Origin: Eledone cirrhosa
Taxonomy: Eukaryota
DNA length: 64,000 nt
NCBI GenBank assembly: GCA_964016885.1
Contig: OZ024740.1
Coordinates: 53,754,001-53,818,000, forward strand
Reading direction: 5' to 3'
A program made the position numbers and the translations under genes. Positions 28,497 through 42,247 of this stretch are shown here, piece by piece (positions within the stretch are counted from its first letter, which is position 1; every line of letters starts with the position of its first letter). Below the pieces are notes generated by a model. It was not told the origin of the DNA, made no database searches, and worked only from the letters and a program-made list of their open reading frames with translations.

Positions 28497-28686
28497 GATT
28501 GTTTCTACTCTCGGCACAAGGACAGCAAATACCCAGTACATTACTGGTACATTATTTTATCGACCCCGTAAGGATGAAAGGCAAAGTTAACCTCGGCAGG
28601 ATTTGAACTCAGATCATAAAGGGACGTAACTCTATGCTTTAAAGCATTGTGTCCGACTCTCTACCGATACTGCCAATCGACCGCCC
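28497..28686 (-). mobile_element. tRNA-type SINE inserted into a fold-back arm
   Basis: Reverse complement of the SINE family; ATCTATAAT on both sides. Confidence 0.85.
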
Positions 28687-29645
28687 TATCTATAATAATA
28701 TACTCTGCTCTGCGCGAGCATCGAGTGCTCAATCGGCATACCGCCTACGGACGCATTTAATTGCAACCTTACAACAACTATATATATATATATAGAGAGA
28801 GAGAAAGAGAGATATAGAGAGAGAGTGAGAGGGAGAAAGAGATAGAGAGATAGAGAGTGGGAGAGAGAGAGAGAGTGTGTGAGGGGAAGAAGAGAGTTCA
28901 CGTTGGGTGATGGAGAGCGTAGTTAATAAATAACGAGGGAAACCTACGTATATAAGCAAGTCTTTCTGTGTAAATATGTACATATAAGTTTTCATGTATG
29001 TGTGTTTGTGCAAGTGTTTGCATGTGTGTTTGGGATTTTATGTATGCAATATGCGAACGAATATTTATTTCCTGTTATCAAACAGATTAGAGAATTGGAA
29101 ATGTGTTTTCCTTCAAATCATACGATATTGACCGGGGTTATATCATCTTCTTCCGGGTCTTTAATTGGTTCAACTAACTACAGTTGACCCTGACACTTCT
29201 ATGTCTATTATTATTATGAATATACCTTTAGGGGTGTTACTTTTATACAGTGTAATAATTGCGCTTATCAACTTCAATCAGAGCAATACCGATTATTCTT
29301 TGATTCAGCAAGTTATGGCAATGCAGTCCATATTGTATGCTGAATATAATAAATTGATAGTAAGTAAGCTGGGAATATAATCTAGATTTAAATTTAGTCT
29401 TCCCATACCTTCTTTGTCTGGCACGGGTGTTGTTTTGCGAAAGTTAATACACAAGTAGTATATCTTTCATTAAATCTGCCCAAAGTTACTTAATGATATG
29501 CATATCTCTACCTATATACGTGACTATCGGTCTATCTATCTATATTCTTCGTTATTTATCTCTCTATCCAAACAGACATAGACAAATATACATACATATA
29601 TATATATTACCCACTCTACTACCCTATATATGTACGTATGTGTAT

Positions 29646-30161
29646 GTGTATTGAACAAGGAAAATGAAACAAATGTCTAAGATATATTAATTAATTCATT
29701 ATTTTACGATCATTTCAGAGGGTTTATTGATCATGGTAGATCGATATATTAACTACCAGGTAGAGTTTGTGCCCTTATCTATTTCTAGTCTCAAAATTCC
29801 TGATCTATCGCATAGTCTTCCTTAGAAACATTCTGAAGAACGGTGGTGTGATAGATTAGGGATTTTAGATTAAAAAAATAGGTAAACATAATCACCACCT
29901 GCTAGTCAATATATCGATCTACCATGATTAATCAACCCTCTGAAATGATCGTAAAACTATGAATTAATTAACAACATATCTGAGACTTTTGTTTTATTTT
30001 CATTGTTCAATACACAAACATACACATATATAAATGACTCTGTAGCTTGAGCAGAATCTCCGAGGAAACCTTATATAATGAGCACCTACCACAAATACTA
30101 TAGAGTAATCCCGCTGAAACCACCTCATTAATGCCACATTGAGATCTAATAAGATTATCGG

Positions 30162-30165
<4 letters not shown>
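29646..30165. mobile_element. Older diverged fold-back (arms ~185 bp) plus tail
   Basis: GTGTATTGAACAA..TACGATCATTTCAGAGGGTT..TCATGGTAGATCGATATATT is inverted at 29905-30015; contains CTGAAGA and GAAA-TGATCG-TA. Confidence 0.7.
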
Positions 30166-30207
<42 letters not shown>

Positions 30208-30367
30208 GCAAACATCAAAATTATTTTTGAAAAGCATTAGAAATGCGCAACCGGTAAAACTTAAAACCAAAACTGAATACTAACCAATACTATTACTAAT
30301 TTTTACTTATTCCTAATTAAGCTATTTTTCACTGGGAACAATTTGTCAGCATTTTCTTTTCCTTTTA

Positions 30368-30471
<104 letters not shown>

Positions 30472-30559
30472 TATATATTTCATATAAACAGAAGTCAGGA
30501 AATATGGAAAAAATAGATATAAAACCCTGCTTTGAGGCATGTTATTCAGGGCCTCCTAT

Positions 30560-31270
30560 GGCTAGTTGAGAATAGTGGTCTTGGTAAGTCAGTGATATCA
30601 GTTTAATATGGAAACGATGGTAAATTGGCTACACGACAGTGAAAGGAATTTTGAAGTATTTCAATGACACCAAATTCACACGTAGTTAATCCAGTCGCGT
30701 CGTTAAGTCTTGTAGGTCTTCTACTTTGTGTATATTTTGTCATTGGAAGACTGAATGTTTAACTAATATATGCAATGACTTAATGATTCTGAATTAGATG
30801 TTAACGTGAAGTGAATATATTTATAGTGTACTTGCTGGTACGAGTGTGGGACTGCCTGCTTCACTCAGTTTCATGAGAGGGTTACTGCTAAAGTAGACTT
30901 TGTACTGTGTCCGGAGCCAATTATTAGAAGTTGGTTATCAGAGAAGTTCTCCGCTGGTAGTAAACGTTACCCTTTCTAGTTGATGAGTATCGCAGGTTAT
31001 TGCATCATATGTCATTTCTGGTTGCAGCACATGGAGCGCTAAGATGGTGTTCTGCCTATGAATATCAATTTATCGCTGGTGGTGTTGAGCCCTTGGCCAG
31101 GTAAACTCCACATAAAAAAGACAGGTGTCGATTTCTTCCTATTCCTGCACTAAAAGGATTGTACATCTTGAGTAATTTTACCTTTGAATTCAATGGCTGT
31201 TAGGTCCGTGTAATTCCTATGGATACCATTTCGTGGTGTGAAGGTGGTTCTGTAGAGAATGGTCTTTGAC
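30560..31270 (-). pseudogene. Possible heavily decayed PLE RT thumb fragment
   Basis: Pieces VKTILYRTT, SHHEMVSIGITR and YFKIPF loosely resemble PLE T.LYRKPT / S.HP / LPY motifs; frames are broken. Confidence 0.3.
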
Positions 31271-31749
31271 AACTAGGATATTTCCAGAAGAGAGTTGGCT
31301 GGTTTTCGGCTATTACAGGGTGGTCTATGTGGGAGCATGTTTCGTTCTCTTACAATGATGGATATTTCAAAAATGAGATGTAAACTGGCGTTCAACCTCG
31401 TTGGGCAAGCCTTCAAGAAGCCAAAAGGGAGCAAAATAGGACATATAGACACACACACACACACATACATACATACATACATATATACATACATACACAT
31501 ATACATACGTACATATATACATACATACATATATACATATATACATACGTACATATATACATACATACATATATACATCCATACATATATACATACATAC
31601 ATATATACCGGTTCAAAAAGAAGAGAGACCCCACGGGTTAAAAAAACATTAGTATAAAAATGTCAAAAAGAAAAAGTTCAAAATCCTGTAAACAGAGAAA
31701 TAACAGAATAACAGATGGCTGTAGCTCTTCCAATATCATTGAACGAGGC

Positions 31750-32530
31750 GGATCCACACACACACTTTTATTTTAACTGAGAGCCACTCCAAGTGAGAAC
31801 GAACGATATCTCGGAGGCGGAAGTACAATAAACACCAGGGAAACTACAGAACAACAAAGATGGTCGATATTATCTAATTTCTTGAAGTATGGTGGAACAG
31901 AAATAGTAGCATCGCTGAAACACCTTAGCAGCCCCTAGAAGCAATGGAAAAACATGGCCGAGGGGGTTATTTTGAGGCTTTCAACAACTGTGGCAAAGAT
32001 AAATGGCTCTTCGTCCTAAGAAATGTTTACTACGTTGCGCTATTGAACAAACAGGATTTAGGTACAGATGTTAGTTACGGACAACGCTATGGATTTTAAA
32101 GAAGCTTTTAGCAGCCTCTATCGGAAATCTATTTGGATAATCAGCTAAGCCTATGGTGTTCCGCAGTGGGGACACATCATATTCTAAAGTCTTTAGAATA
32201 CACACATGCTATGTCAGGAAACATCTGGCCATACTGACGACTTTAATATCATCACTAGCGTCTGTCGTGACTGCATCTTCGTACCCTTCCTCATCCTATT
32301 AACAATTTACTTTGTAATAATGATGATAATAGATAGAGACATTAAGGACTTTGGTAGAGGAAAAGGGGAAAACTGTATATGTATTTTGCCAATGACAAAG
32401 CACTGCTAGCAAAAATAATCACTCGTTATTTGTAAAAGACAACTTGATGCACTGGCCCCTACAGCAACAGAAGTATGTCTGTTAATTAGCATAAACAAAA
32501 TGAAAGCCATGCCTATTAGTCTCAGCGACT
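31750..32530 (+). pseudogene. Decayed RTE-type LINE reverse transcriptase fragment
   Basis: MDFKEAFSSLYR (DF.KAFDS) and TDDFNIITSVCRDCIFVPFLILL (GVRQGCILSP.LF) remnants. Confidence 0.65.
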
Positions 32531-34819
32531 ATGCAAAATGATATATACATTGGTCTAACTAAGCTATGAAACAAATTTCCTCAACTGGCAGAGAGAAAGG
32601 AGAAGAATATGTTCGATTGTGAAGAGACATAATTAACTATGCCATCATAATTTATCTAGCTGGATAACGGTTCCCCATTATTTATAGTTTATAATATGAA
32701 TTATTTATTTAAATCAATAGTAAATTTGAATACTAAAGTTGTTTTTAAAATACGAATAAAATCATTGACTCGATTTACATTTACAGCTCTCTTGCCAGGT
32801 TTCAAAGTTAGATCCAATGAACTACATACTTCTTAAATTAACACGTAACTGAATACACAGACTCGAGTACACTTAACAGAGTACCCCGGTTAGATTGGTT
32901 CAATATGTGCACCTTTCAATTACAGATACAACCTACAGACTTCCCATTTCACACAAAGGGATTGGGTGATTTGCCATGCTTTCATTCCCATATAAATATT
33001 CAGTATAATTTTGTTGTTTGTTCTTAGGTTTGCTTTATCTTAGAAGATCTATCATCAAAATCCTTCTAGCTAAGAGCTTCCATTTACCTTCAAGCTTGAT
33101 GTACAATGTAGTCCTCAGATAATATAGTTTTAGTAGATAATATGTTGATATTTAAGAGCAATTTTGATAACATTTCTAACAGGTCAAACAACCACATAAA
33201 CTTCGTCATTATAAATATTATTTCAGACGATGAATCAAACAACAGAGTATCAGTCTAAATATTAAACAATATTCAAATTTTACCAAAGTCAAATTTTCCT
33301 GTCAAACTGCCCAGCTATAACAATGATTACTCCATGCAATACAAAGTTATAATTTAAAAATATCAGTATTAATAACTATTGTTTATAATTTTAGAATGTC
33401 ATACTGGTTGAAGATATGATTTAATAATATTGACCTAGCACATACATAGGGAAATAAGATATTTCTCAAAATATACAGCAAGTGATTTTCTTATATTTTT
33501 AGATTTAGAAATCTTCTATGAAAATTGAAGGGCGTCCGATTTCTTTTGGGAGTAATGGTAACAGAAATATATGCAATTATGGATGAAATGTGTTAAAATT
33601 ATCTCTAGTGATTCAGTGTATTGAATCTCCGCTGTTAAATAATACTGTTATATCCTTACTATCTCCTTAAAAATAGGCGACAGATGGTTATAATAATTGT
33701 TTCTAGCGACAGATGGTTATAATAATGATAGCAAGAACCTTTAGATGCGAATGCATCTTTATGATGACATCAGTTCCGCTAGAATTATGTCTTTTCCGGA
33801 GTAATTCGGATTTACTTTGAGATTCAGCAGCCTCCTTCTCTACAATGCAGCAATATCTCTATTGTCCACTCTATATGGGAAATCTAGGAAATTATGATGT
33901 ATAAATCAATGAAACAAAAATATCTGATGTCACAAGTAATTTATAAAGTGAGAGGTGAAAAATTGCCGGGAGAAAAATATGAGTATCAGAGTTAGATACG
34001 TAGGGTATGAGAGCACACAATTAAGTAGCTCTTGCACGGTGGACATATCATATCCTATATTGGCACTTATGTTTCTTCTTTGTCTTTATTAACTGCTACA
34101 ATTTAGATGACGTACAATACAATATATTAGAATACCCTGGCTTTGAATGGCCAAATTATAGTTTAGAAACCAATGCATGTTCATAAAAAAACAGACACCA
34201 TTTTGTGTGCATTTTATAGAAACAACATTACTATCTAAATCTGCTTCAACAATTGGTGTTGGACCACAGAACTTATTATGTAATAGCTTATTACAATTTC
34301 CAGGGAAGACATGCAGGTTGAATTATGTGAGTTTATCGTGTATATATGTACTGGGACAGGGATATTATATTTAACCCAGCACTATGTTGAAGCTTTTCCT
34401 TCTTTGAAATATAGGTAGAGCTGTAGTTGCTATTTCTGTTCTTGCTGTAGTTGTTGGTATTGCCTGTCCACTTATAAGCTCTGATGAAGCAGAATTATGA
34501 CCAACGACATGCCCGCCGTACACAATCCCATGTGGGATTAAATTCCTTCTTTTTCAGGACTAAACAATTATAGCTGAATAGTTAATATGAATTGGGGCAG
34601 CTTTTCATAAAAGCAAATAGATCTTCAAATTTTAAGACATGCCCATACCTTGGTAAATGTATAAGTTTGCTTACAATTGTGGCCAGATTTTAAGGCCACT
34701 AATCAGACGCTGAAGAGATGTTCATGTCACTATCTCTAAGGGTTACTGCTCGTAAATTCCAGTGATTCTTTCCTTAAACATTTTAACCACATACTCGTAG
34801 TATCGGAGCTGTGATTTCT

Positions 34820-35480
34820 CAATTCTGAGGAATAGTGGCTGTACCTGGAGTGACTATTTGATCTCCGATCTATGCACTCTATCACGTAACGTTACGCCAA
34901 AGACCCATTTCGGCCGCTTGTATTCGCGATAATATTCTTTCGGTCATTACCCAAGATTCATGAATAGAGGTAGGGGTTGGTATAAATAACGAATTGAAGA
35001 GTTTGGCTTTACACCTACCTCCCTTCTTCTGATTACCGAGCCCTGAATCTGGTGCTTCCCCAATTCTTGCACTTAATTCAGTCTTCCATCACACGTGAAC
35101 ATGGCCCGACATTCCTGAACTGCTCCACCTGCTTCAGTGGAACTTCATTTACATGCAAAGTGCACTGCGTAGGTCTTTATTGGGAGGACGAATGTCTAAG
35201 TTTTCGCAGCACTGATTCCAGCCACGGAGTATTCGGCATCAACCCTATCATATGCAAGTCGGAGTTCACCTTCTGTCGAGTTAAGTAACACCATGTCGTC
35301 TGCAAACTCCAGCCGACTGATTTTTCACCTGTCAATAATGAAACTATTCCAACCCGGCTGCGCATGTCAATCTTGTTCATGAAAATAATGAACAGGTGAG
35401 ATGACAGGGCGCACCCTTGGCGGAGTCCGATTCCTACATAGAATGGTTTCGAATTAACACCATTTATCCGAACACTATAC
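34820..35480 (-). pseudogene. Decayed RTE-type LINE RT fragment
   Basis: SVRINGVNSKPFYVGIGLRQGCALSSHLFIIFMNKID and LEFADDMVLL. Confidence 0.8.
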
Positions 35481-35543
35481 TAAAGTAATGCTACTCAAGC
35501 AAAGGGTTCGGTGTAAGTCAATTGAGCTTGTGCCTAAATTTTA

Positions 35544-35632
<89 letters not shown>

Positions 35633-36301
35633 ATATATATATATAAAGGTTTAGGAAGCTAGCCGAAAACGGCATCAGCGGGCGCCACTTACTTACTCAA
35701 TGATATTACAAGATGTGTACGTTAGAAATACAAACGTATAACACAGCGTGCACACATAAAATAAACGGCTACGTGTGGGTAATGTTCTTTGTATATCATA
35801 AGTACCCAGACTGTCGACTGTTTCCGAGCGACAGTATGTTCATAATTGTTCCAACTGCACTGACATTACGTATGTGCGTGAGTTTTGTTTCTTACACGTA
35901 ATAATCACTCACAATTAAAAACTGTTTTTCTTCAAAATTGAAGGAAGTAAAATCTTTCGTAGACTGTGCGAAGACCCGCCCGAATATTTATGCACATGCA
36001 TATATGCTTCTGTTCGTATCTGTATTTATACTTACACCGGTAAAATAACTGGTGTTATTTGTGTCTTTTCATTTGCAGTAACTTAGTGGCTCAATGAAAT
36101 AAGTACCTGCATGAAATATGTAATGTAGTATATGTGATCAACTAAATATATAAAATCCATGCCTCAGAGTAGGAGCAGTCGAAAGTTGTGTACGTTTGTC
36201 ATTTAGCCTTTATGATAAATATTTATAAGGAAGATAGTTTCGGCATATGTCTTCCTGGATATATTTTTTCATTATAATGTTTTTGAGTGATGACATGCAT
36301 A

Positions 36302-36392
<91 letters not shown>

Positions 36393-36404
36393 TATATATA
36401 TATT

Positions 36405-38400
36405 AATTTATTAAAATAACAGATTAAAGTTTAAGCAAAGAATCGCTGCTTTCACCCTTAACGGGATCTTCTGAAACTAACAAAGTCAATCTGTAAACGC
36501 AGAAGTGGATATTTCAAAAAACGTTGCCACCGGAGGAAGACAGGAAGACGATACTTTGGTTCGTGGTAACATTCGCTAGCAAAGAACGGGAAAAAACGAA
36601 AATAATACGTCATTAATAGGAGCGGAGAAAAACAATTACGCGCAAAGACAGAACCACGTTTATGGTATAAAAGAAGTCGTAGACTAATATTCTATTAGGT
36701 GGTTCATAGAGATGTTCTCTGGCAATGAACGAAAAAAACGAAGATAATGCGTCATATGTGGAGCGTGGAGAACAATAGCACGCAAAGACAAAACCACGTA
36801 AATGGTACAGCAGGAGTCGTAGACTAAAATTCTAACTAGGAGACCGAATGAATCTCCGCTACAGAGTTAAGAACAAAGTAAATAAATACAATACAGAAGT
36901 AATAGAAATAAATAAATACATACACGCAAACAAATACGTACATACACAAGCATACGCAAAACACTTACCATAGGTATACAAAACCACGCACATATAAATA
37001 TGTGTGTGTGTATGCGTATATACAAATAAATAAATAATTATATAAACGTATATAAATAAATAAATACGTATATAACAAGCGCACACACATATCTACAAGT
37101 AAATAGACGAATGTTCGGAGACGTAAGTCAACCAAAACATGAAGTACACATATACACACACCCTACATACGTACGAACATGCATACTCATACAGACGCAA
37201 AACTCCCGTATACACATAGCCAAACCATATGTACCAGAATATATAAAATTATACGCCATAACATAAACAATCAGATATACGTACGAGAAGGTATACTTAC
37301 CTTCACAAAACATACGGGTAATATATACTTACCTATGCAAATAAATAATGGTATAAACAAAACATATACCTAGCTCCCACATCAAGACGTAAAATATCCA
37401 CGTATTGATCGTACTATCCGTTAGGGTATAACGTAGGGCTGTAATACAGGAAAGTTTTGTGCAATTTATGTTTACAAGCCGAAATTGCCTCAGATTTTTT
37501 GTTTAAGATGTGGTCTGTGGCGTACAGTATTTCCAGGGCCTCAGCGGCGCAGAGGTCACATGGTCTTTTATTTCCGTTATACGATCTAGACCTAGCTAGG
37601 ATCTCCCAGTGTAACATATATTGGGTGTGGTTGTCTTTTAAACTCCAGATATAAGCTGAAAGTGACGTTATATTCCTTCTTAGAGGGTAACGAAAAGAAT
37701 GGGTATGCATGTAAAGACGCTGCTTGAATCTATTGGCGGTTAACCCTATGTAGGCCCTACGGGACGTGGGTGTTACAACCTTACATTTGTAGACAATGTT
37801 ACTAGAGAGGCATTTCCCGGATAGGGGGCAATCAACCCGATTCCTACAATTACAGTTAGTACTAACTACAGGGTTGCACGTGTTCCTATGGCTAGGTAGT
37901 TTAGCTAAATTTGAAGCTGTGATGTTATGTGCAAGGTTAGGAGTCGTAGAGTAAGAAATTTTAATAGTATTTCTATTAAATATTTTACTATATTTATGTG
38001 TAGGGGGGAAATGCTTCGTAATAAGAGAAAGAAAGATCTTAGCTAATGGTGTGGCCACCTCCATATTATATGGTGGGTTATACCAACAAATGCGACGGGA
38101 TCTATTTCTTCTAGGTCTATTTTCGTACTCTGTATATGCTACCTTATCGACAAATCCACTTCGAGCAAGAGCTTCATAGTAATAAGTGGAATGGTCGTTG
38201 AAAATACGCTCGTTGGTGGAAAGACGGGAAAGCCTCAACGAAACGTTTCTTACCAGGTTCTTGGTTATGCTGGCAGTATGGTTGGAATGCTTACTTATGT
38301 AATTAAGCGTATCATTCGGCTTTCTATACGGGTAATACAACCCATTCAATAAATTGAGGGTAACGTCGAGGTAATTAACGACCGAGAGATTGGCCTCAAC
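36405..38400 (-). mobile_element. Penelope-like element, family A (ORF 3' part, 3' UTR and pLTR ending in (TA)n)
   Basis: The ORF is followed by a UTR with a ~143 bp tandem duplication (36580-36840) and the pLTR segment CAGAAGATCCCGTTAAGGGTGAAAGCAGCGATTCTTTGCTTAAACTTTAATCTGTTATTTTAAT. The same segment recurs at 1431-1520, 4565-4612, 12980-13046 and 58575-58860. Confidence 0.85.
37414..38400 (-). CDS. 5'-truncated Penelope-like element ORF: RT C-terminus/thumb, Cys-rich linker and GIY-YIG endonuclease
   Basis: Uninterrupted frame VEANLSVVNYLDVTLNL..YRKPND..YISKHSNH (PLE thumb), WYNPPY, CNCRNRVDCPLSGKC linker, NIVY..AYIGLTANRFKQRLYMH (GIY-YIG), CDLCAAE..ILNKKSE. The frame extends 17 codons upstream of the listed ORF to 38400. 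Confidence 0.92.
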   Translation of the reverse strand, partial: VEANLSVVNYLDVTLNLLNGLYYPYRKPNDTLNYISKHSNHTASITKNLVRNVSLRLSRLSTNERIFNDHSTYYYEALARSGFVDKVAYTEYENRPRRNRSRRICWYNPPYNMEVATPLAKIFLSLITKHFPPTHKYSKIFNRNTIKISYSTTPNLAHNITASNLAKLPSHRNTCNPVVSTNCNCRNRVDCPLSGKCLSSNIVYKCKVVTPTSRRAYIGLTANRFKQRLYMHTHSFRYPLRRNITSLSAYIWSLKDNHTQYMLHWEILARSRSYNGNKRPCDLCAAEALEILYATDHILNKKSEAISACKHKLHKTFLYYSPTLYPNG

Positions 38401-38492
38401 CTGTTAATCGCTGACAATTCGCATCAATATATATGTATCTGTATGGTTCTTCAGTTGAATAGGAGGTTAATTATATGTAAAAACATTGATAA

Positions 38493-38539
38493 TGCTCCGA
38501 GGACACCAAGCTTAAGTTTGGAAGAAACAATTGTCAGCG
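38493..38539 (+). ncRNA. Hammerhead motif, family N (U4C)
   Basis: TGCT-CCGAGGA-CACCA..TGGAA-GAAA-CAATTG-TC-AGCG. Confidence 0.65.
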
Positions 38540-38724
38540 ATTAAATGTTTTAAACATAATTTGATACTTGTGTAATCTATATAACTGCTCTGTAAAACAA
38601 CTGATGTTCTTACATTGAGCTATTTCTCTTACTGGTAATAAGGTAGTAATAAATTACTGACCTTCCCTGTTTATAGTTGTTTATATTATAGTTTATACAT
38701 AACTATAAATAGTATCTTTAATAT

Positions 38725-38774
<50 letters not shown>

Positions 38775-38801
38775 TATATATATATAAATATATATATATA
38801 A

Positions 38802-38913
<112 letters not shown>

Positions 38914-39064
38914 TATGTATGCTTATATATGAGTTATATAAATATAAATATTGAGGGTAGTACAATTAGCAGTAAGAGAAAAGGATCAATGTGAATTATC
39001 AAATGTATTACAGAGCCGAGATACAAAACATAAAACAATCAAATTTTAGTTTAATACATTTAAT

Positions 39065-39110
39065 TGCTGACAATTGTTTCTTCCAGACAAATGTCTGGAT
39101 CATCGGAGCA
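39065..39110 (-). ncRNA. Hammerhead ribozyme, family N (U4C)
   Basis: TGCT-CCGATGA-TCCAGAC(ATTT)GTCTGGAA-GAAA-CAATTG-TC-AGCA. Confidence 0.75.
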
Positions 39111-39996
39111 TACACACTGTTTACAATGTTAAACATGGCATGCATTATGGTAAAGAAATATGTAATGGTAAAATGAATAAATGTTGTGTAATATATAATG
39201 CAAAAAACGTAAGTAAATAAGATAGGTAATTGTCATTCAAGAATTTTTATATTAGAGTTCGTGTATAAATGTATATGTTGGGTGTAAAGCAAATATACTG
39301 TGCATGGAATGTTTTTAATATTAGTTGTAATGTGTTTGAAATGTGTACAGTTTGAAAAAAATGTGTGTAGTAAAGATTAATTGCACTGTATTACTAGCCT
39401 TGTTAATATAGGAAATATATTATACAATGCATTCCTATCTTTAAATTTTCTATTAAGAAATAGTTCACTTTGCTTTATGTGCGAGTTTTATTAAGAGTTA
39501 TTAGAGGGAGTCTAATGGTAAACATGTCGTTAAATTGTTTTAACGTTATGATTTTAAAAAACAAGGGGAACGATATTTCTTTACCATAATGCATGATATT
39601 TTAAACATTTAAACATTTTTAACATGCTTTAACATTCTGTATGAAATATGCTTGATTTATACATTTTATAACTCTTACCTCATTTATTAATTTTTGCATT
39701 ATATACCCTTAATATTAGCTTCTTTTCAATGCTATGATATCTGTTATCTATCTTCTCTAACACCTTTTTTTTGCTTGGTATCTTTTACACATGTATTACC
39801 TTAAAGAATATCTTTATATATAATATGCTCAATATTTCACTATTCACCATTGCTCCTTATACTGTGATATCTGTAACATAACATCTTTTCGTAACTCCTG
39901 CTTTTCAATATGATGTCACTGACACTGTCAATATTTATGTATCTTTATCAATGTTCTGAAGACTAGGATAATAATTACCTGTTTAAACATTGTGTA

Positions 39997-40043
39997 AACA
40001 CCGATGATTCCAGACATTCGTCTGGAAGAAACAATTGTCGGCA
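39997..40043 (+). ncRNA. Hammerhead motif, family N (U4C), stem I disrupted
   Basis: CCGATGA-TTCCAGAC(ATTC)GTCTGGAA-GAAA-CAATTG-TC; perfect 8-bp stem II. Confidence 0.6.
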
Positions 40044-40201
40044 ATTAAATGTATTAAACTAAAATGTTATTGTTTTATATTTTGTATATGTATATATATA
40101 GAGAGAGGTAGAACACTGGAAGGTAATATCCGTGGTGGTAGAGTACTCAGTCCATGGGACGACTTTGTTGGAGTAGTAACACAACAGTTAGTTCACCATA
40201 C

Positions 40202-40239
40202 CGAGAACAATTGTTTCACTTTAGCGGATCTTCAGCTCG
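40202..40239 (-). ncRNA. Minimal type I hammerhead (family H) in fold-back 40104-40310
   Basis: CGAG-CTGAAGA-TCCGCTAAAGT-GAAA-CAATTG-TT-CTCG; GUU triplet, weak stem II. Confidence 0.7.
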
Positions 40240-40338
40240 TACTGGTGAAGATCCTCTAAGGTGAAACAGTTGTTCTCGGTATGGTGAACTAGCTGTTGAG
40301 TTACTACTTCTATATATATATACATATATATATATATA

Positions 40339-40396
<58 letters not shown>

Positions 40397-40481
40397 TATA
40401 TATATATTCATTTATATATATATATATATATATATGTGTGTATTCATATATATATATTCATATTTCTTCATATATATATAT

Positions 40482-41035
40482 TCGGCGGAATTTACATTTT
40501 ACATTTAACAAACAAACACCTATTGACTATAAAGGAGTCGTGTCCGAGACATGCGCCATATCTACTGTAGATTCCAATGAATAGATCCGAGCATTTTATA
40601 TCAACTAAAAATTGATTGACATATATATATATATATATTTAAAATAAACACATGAAACAATCACAGGGGATAATTTGTAAAGTGTGTAATCACACACAGC
40701 TAGGTAGGTAATTAATTAAAGTTTAACTAGATCTTCAAATATTACCTTTTAAAAAATTATTAATCCTCCTTGTATATATTTCATTAAAGAAATAGATTTC
40801 ACTAAAAATCCGTAAAGTCACAGTAGTTAAATCTTAGATCATCGAAAAGGAGGAACAAATAACTGTCTGGGTTTACGCATCAAATGCAAACCTGCGAGTG
40901 ACCCGTCGCACGTGCTATAATTAGTTACCTACCTAGCTGTGTGTGATTATACACTTTACAAATTATCCCCTGTGATTGTTTCATGTGTTTATTTTAAATA
41001 TATATATATATGTCAATTAATTTCTAGTTGATATA
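40482..41035. mobile_element. Family K fold-back (arms ~120 bp)
   Basis: 40597-40718 is inverted at 40918-41035, with a tail to the left. Confidence 0.8.
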
Positions 41036-41050
41036 TATATATATATATAT

Positions 41051-41875
41051 AAGAATATGAGAATAAACATGCTGCGTGGTTGCTAATGGGTTACATATGA
41101 ATAAAGTTAGTCCTTCATCAGTGATCTTCCAACCATCATTGGTATTTCATCGCTTTAAAGACCATATACCTCCGGTTGGTGCGAGCAACGGCTAAAAAGG
41201 TCGTTGGGACACGTAAATAAAGGGGACACGAGAGTGTAAACAAACAAAGATGGTGAAGCAACGAAAAGTGAGGAAGAAGGAGTCAAGTCCCAAATTTCCA
41301 TGAATATAAGTTCGGTGAAATCGTGAACGAGAGAGAATAAAGACCATCAAACCTGGTTGGAATGTGAGCAAGGAAGGAGTTCCGTACAGGTCTAACGGGA
41401 GGAAGAAGGGATCTAGTCTGTGAATTCGGTGAACGTAAGTTCTGTGAAATCGTAGACGAGAGAGAGAAAACTACGATTTCACAGAACTTACGTTCACCGA
41501 ATTCACAGACTAGATCCCTTCTTCCCCCCGTTAGACCTGTACGTAACTCCTTCCTTGCTCACATTCCAACCAGGTTTGATGGTCTTTATTCTCTCTCGTT
41601 CACGATTTCACCGAACTTATATTCATGGAAATTTGGGACTTGACTCCTTCTTCCTCACTTTTCGTTGCTTCACCATCTTTGTTTGTTTAAACTCTCGTGT
41701 CCCCTTTATTTACGTGTCCCAACGACCTTTTTAGCCGTTGCTCGCACCAACCGGAGGTATATGGTCTTTAAAGCGATGAAATACCAATGATGGTTGGAAG
41801 ATCACTGATGAAGGACTAACTGTATTCATATGTAACCCATTAGCAACCACGCAGCATGTTTATTCTCATATTCTT
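41051..41875. repeat. Family L palindrome: 405-bp arms, 15-nt spacer
   Basis: 41051-41455 / 41471-41875 with about four mismatches; a diverged single-arm relative lies at 61712-62090. Confidence 0.95.
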
Positions 41876-41886
41876 ATATATATATA

Positions 41887-42247
41887 GGTAAGTTATTCTG
41901 GGTTGAATCGGAGGTAACCACAGTAGGTAAGGTACTCAATACATAGCAGAGTATAAAAGTTTTAATATAGAAGAGCTTCTACAGGACTAGAACTGTTTCA
42001 TTCTGTATCCCAGACAATATTAATATACGTCTGCATCGGTCATCTTTGCCTGATAACCGATCCAGACGTATATTAATATTGTCTGGGATCCAGAAACCTT
42101 TGGTAATGGCAGACAATATTAATATACGTCTGTATCGGTCATCTCTGCCTGATAACCGATCCAGACGTATATTAATATTGCCTGATATCCAGAAACCTTT
42201 GGTAATGGAGTAGTTATATTTTGTGTTGTTCACTTTCTAATTAAATA
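41887..42247. mobile_element. Composite of a family M arm (41887-42003) and family E arms
   Basis: The first part is the reverse complement of 52319-52432; the rest is homologous to 4172-4350 with internal reiteration. Confidence 0.8.

Noticed and set aside
29110-29180. Possible minus-strand terminal exon LVEPIKDPEEDDITPVNIV*
   Set aside because: Weak acceptor context, no partner exons and no recognisable homology.
34481-34487. Isolated CTGATGA (also CTGAAGA at 34710, rc CTGATGA near 51203, CTGATGG at 23202)
   Set aside because: No downstream stem II-GAAA-stem III arrangement.
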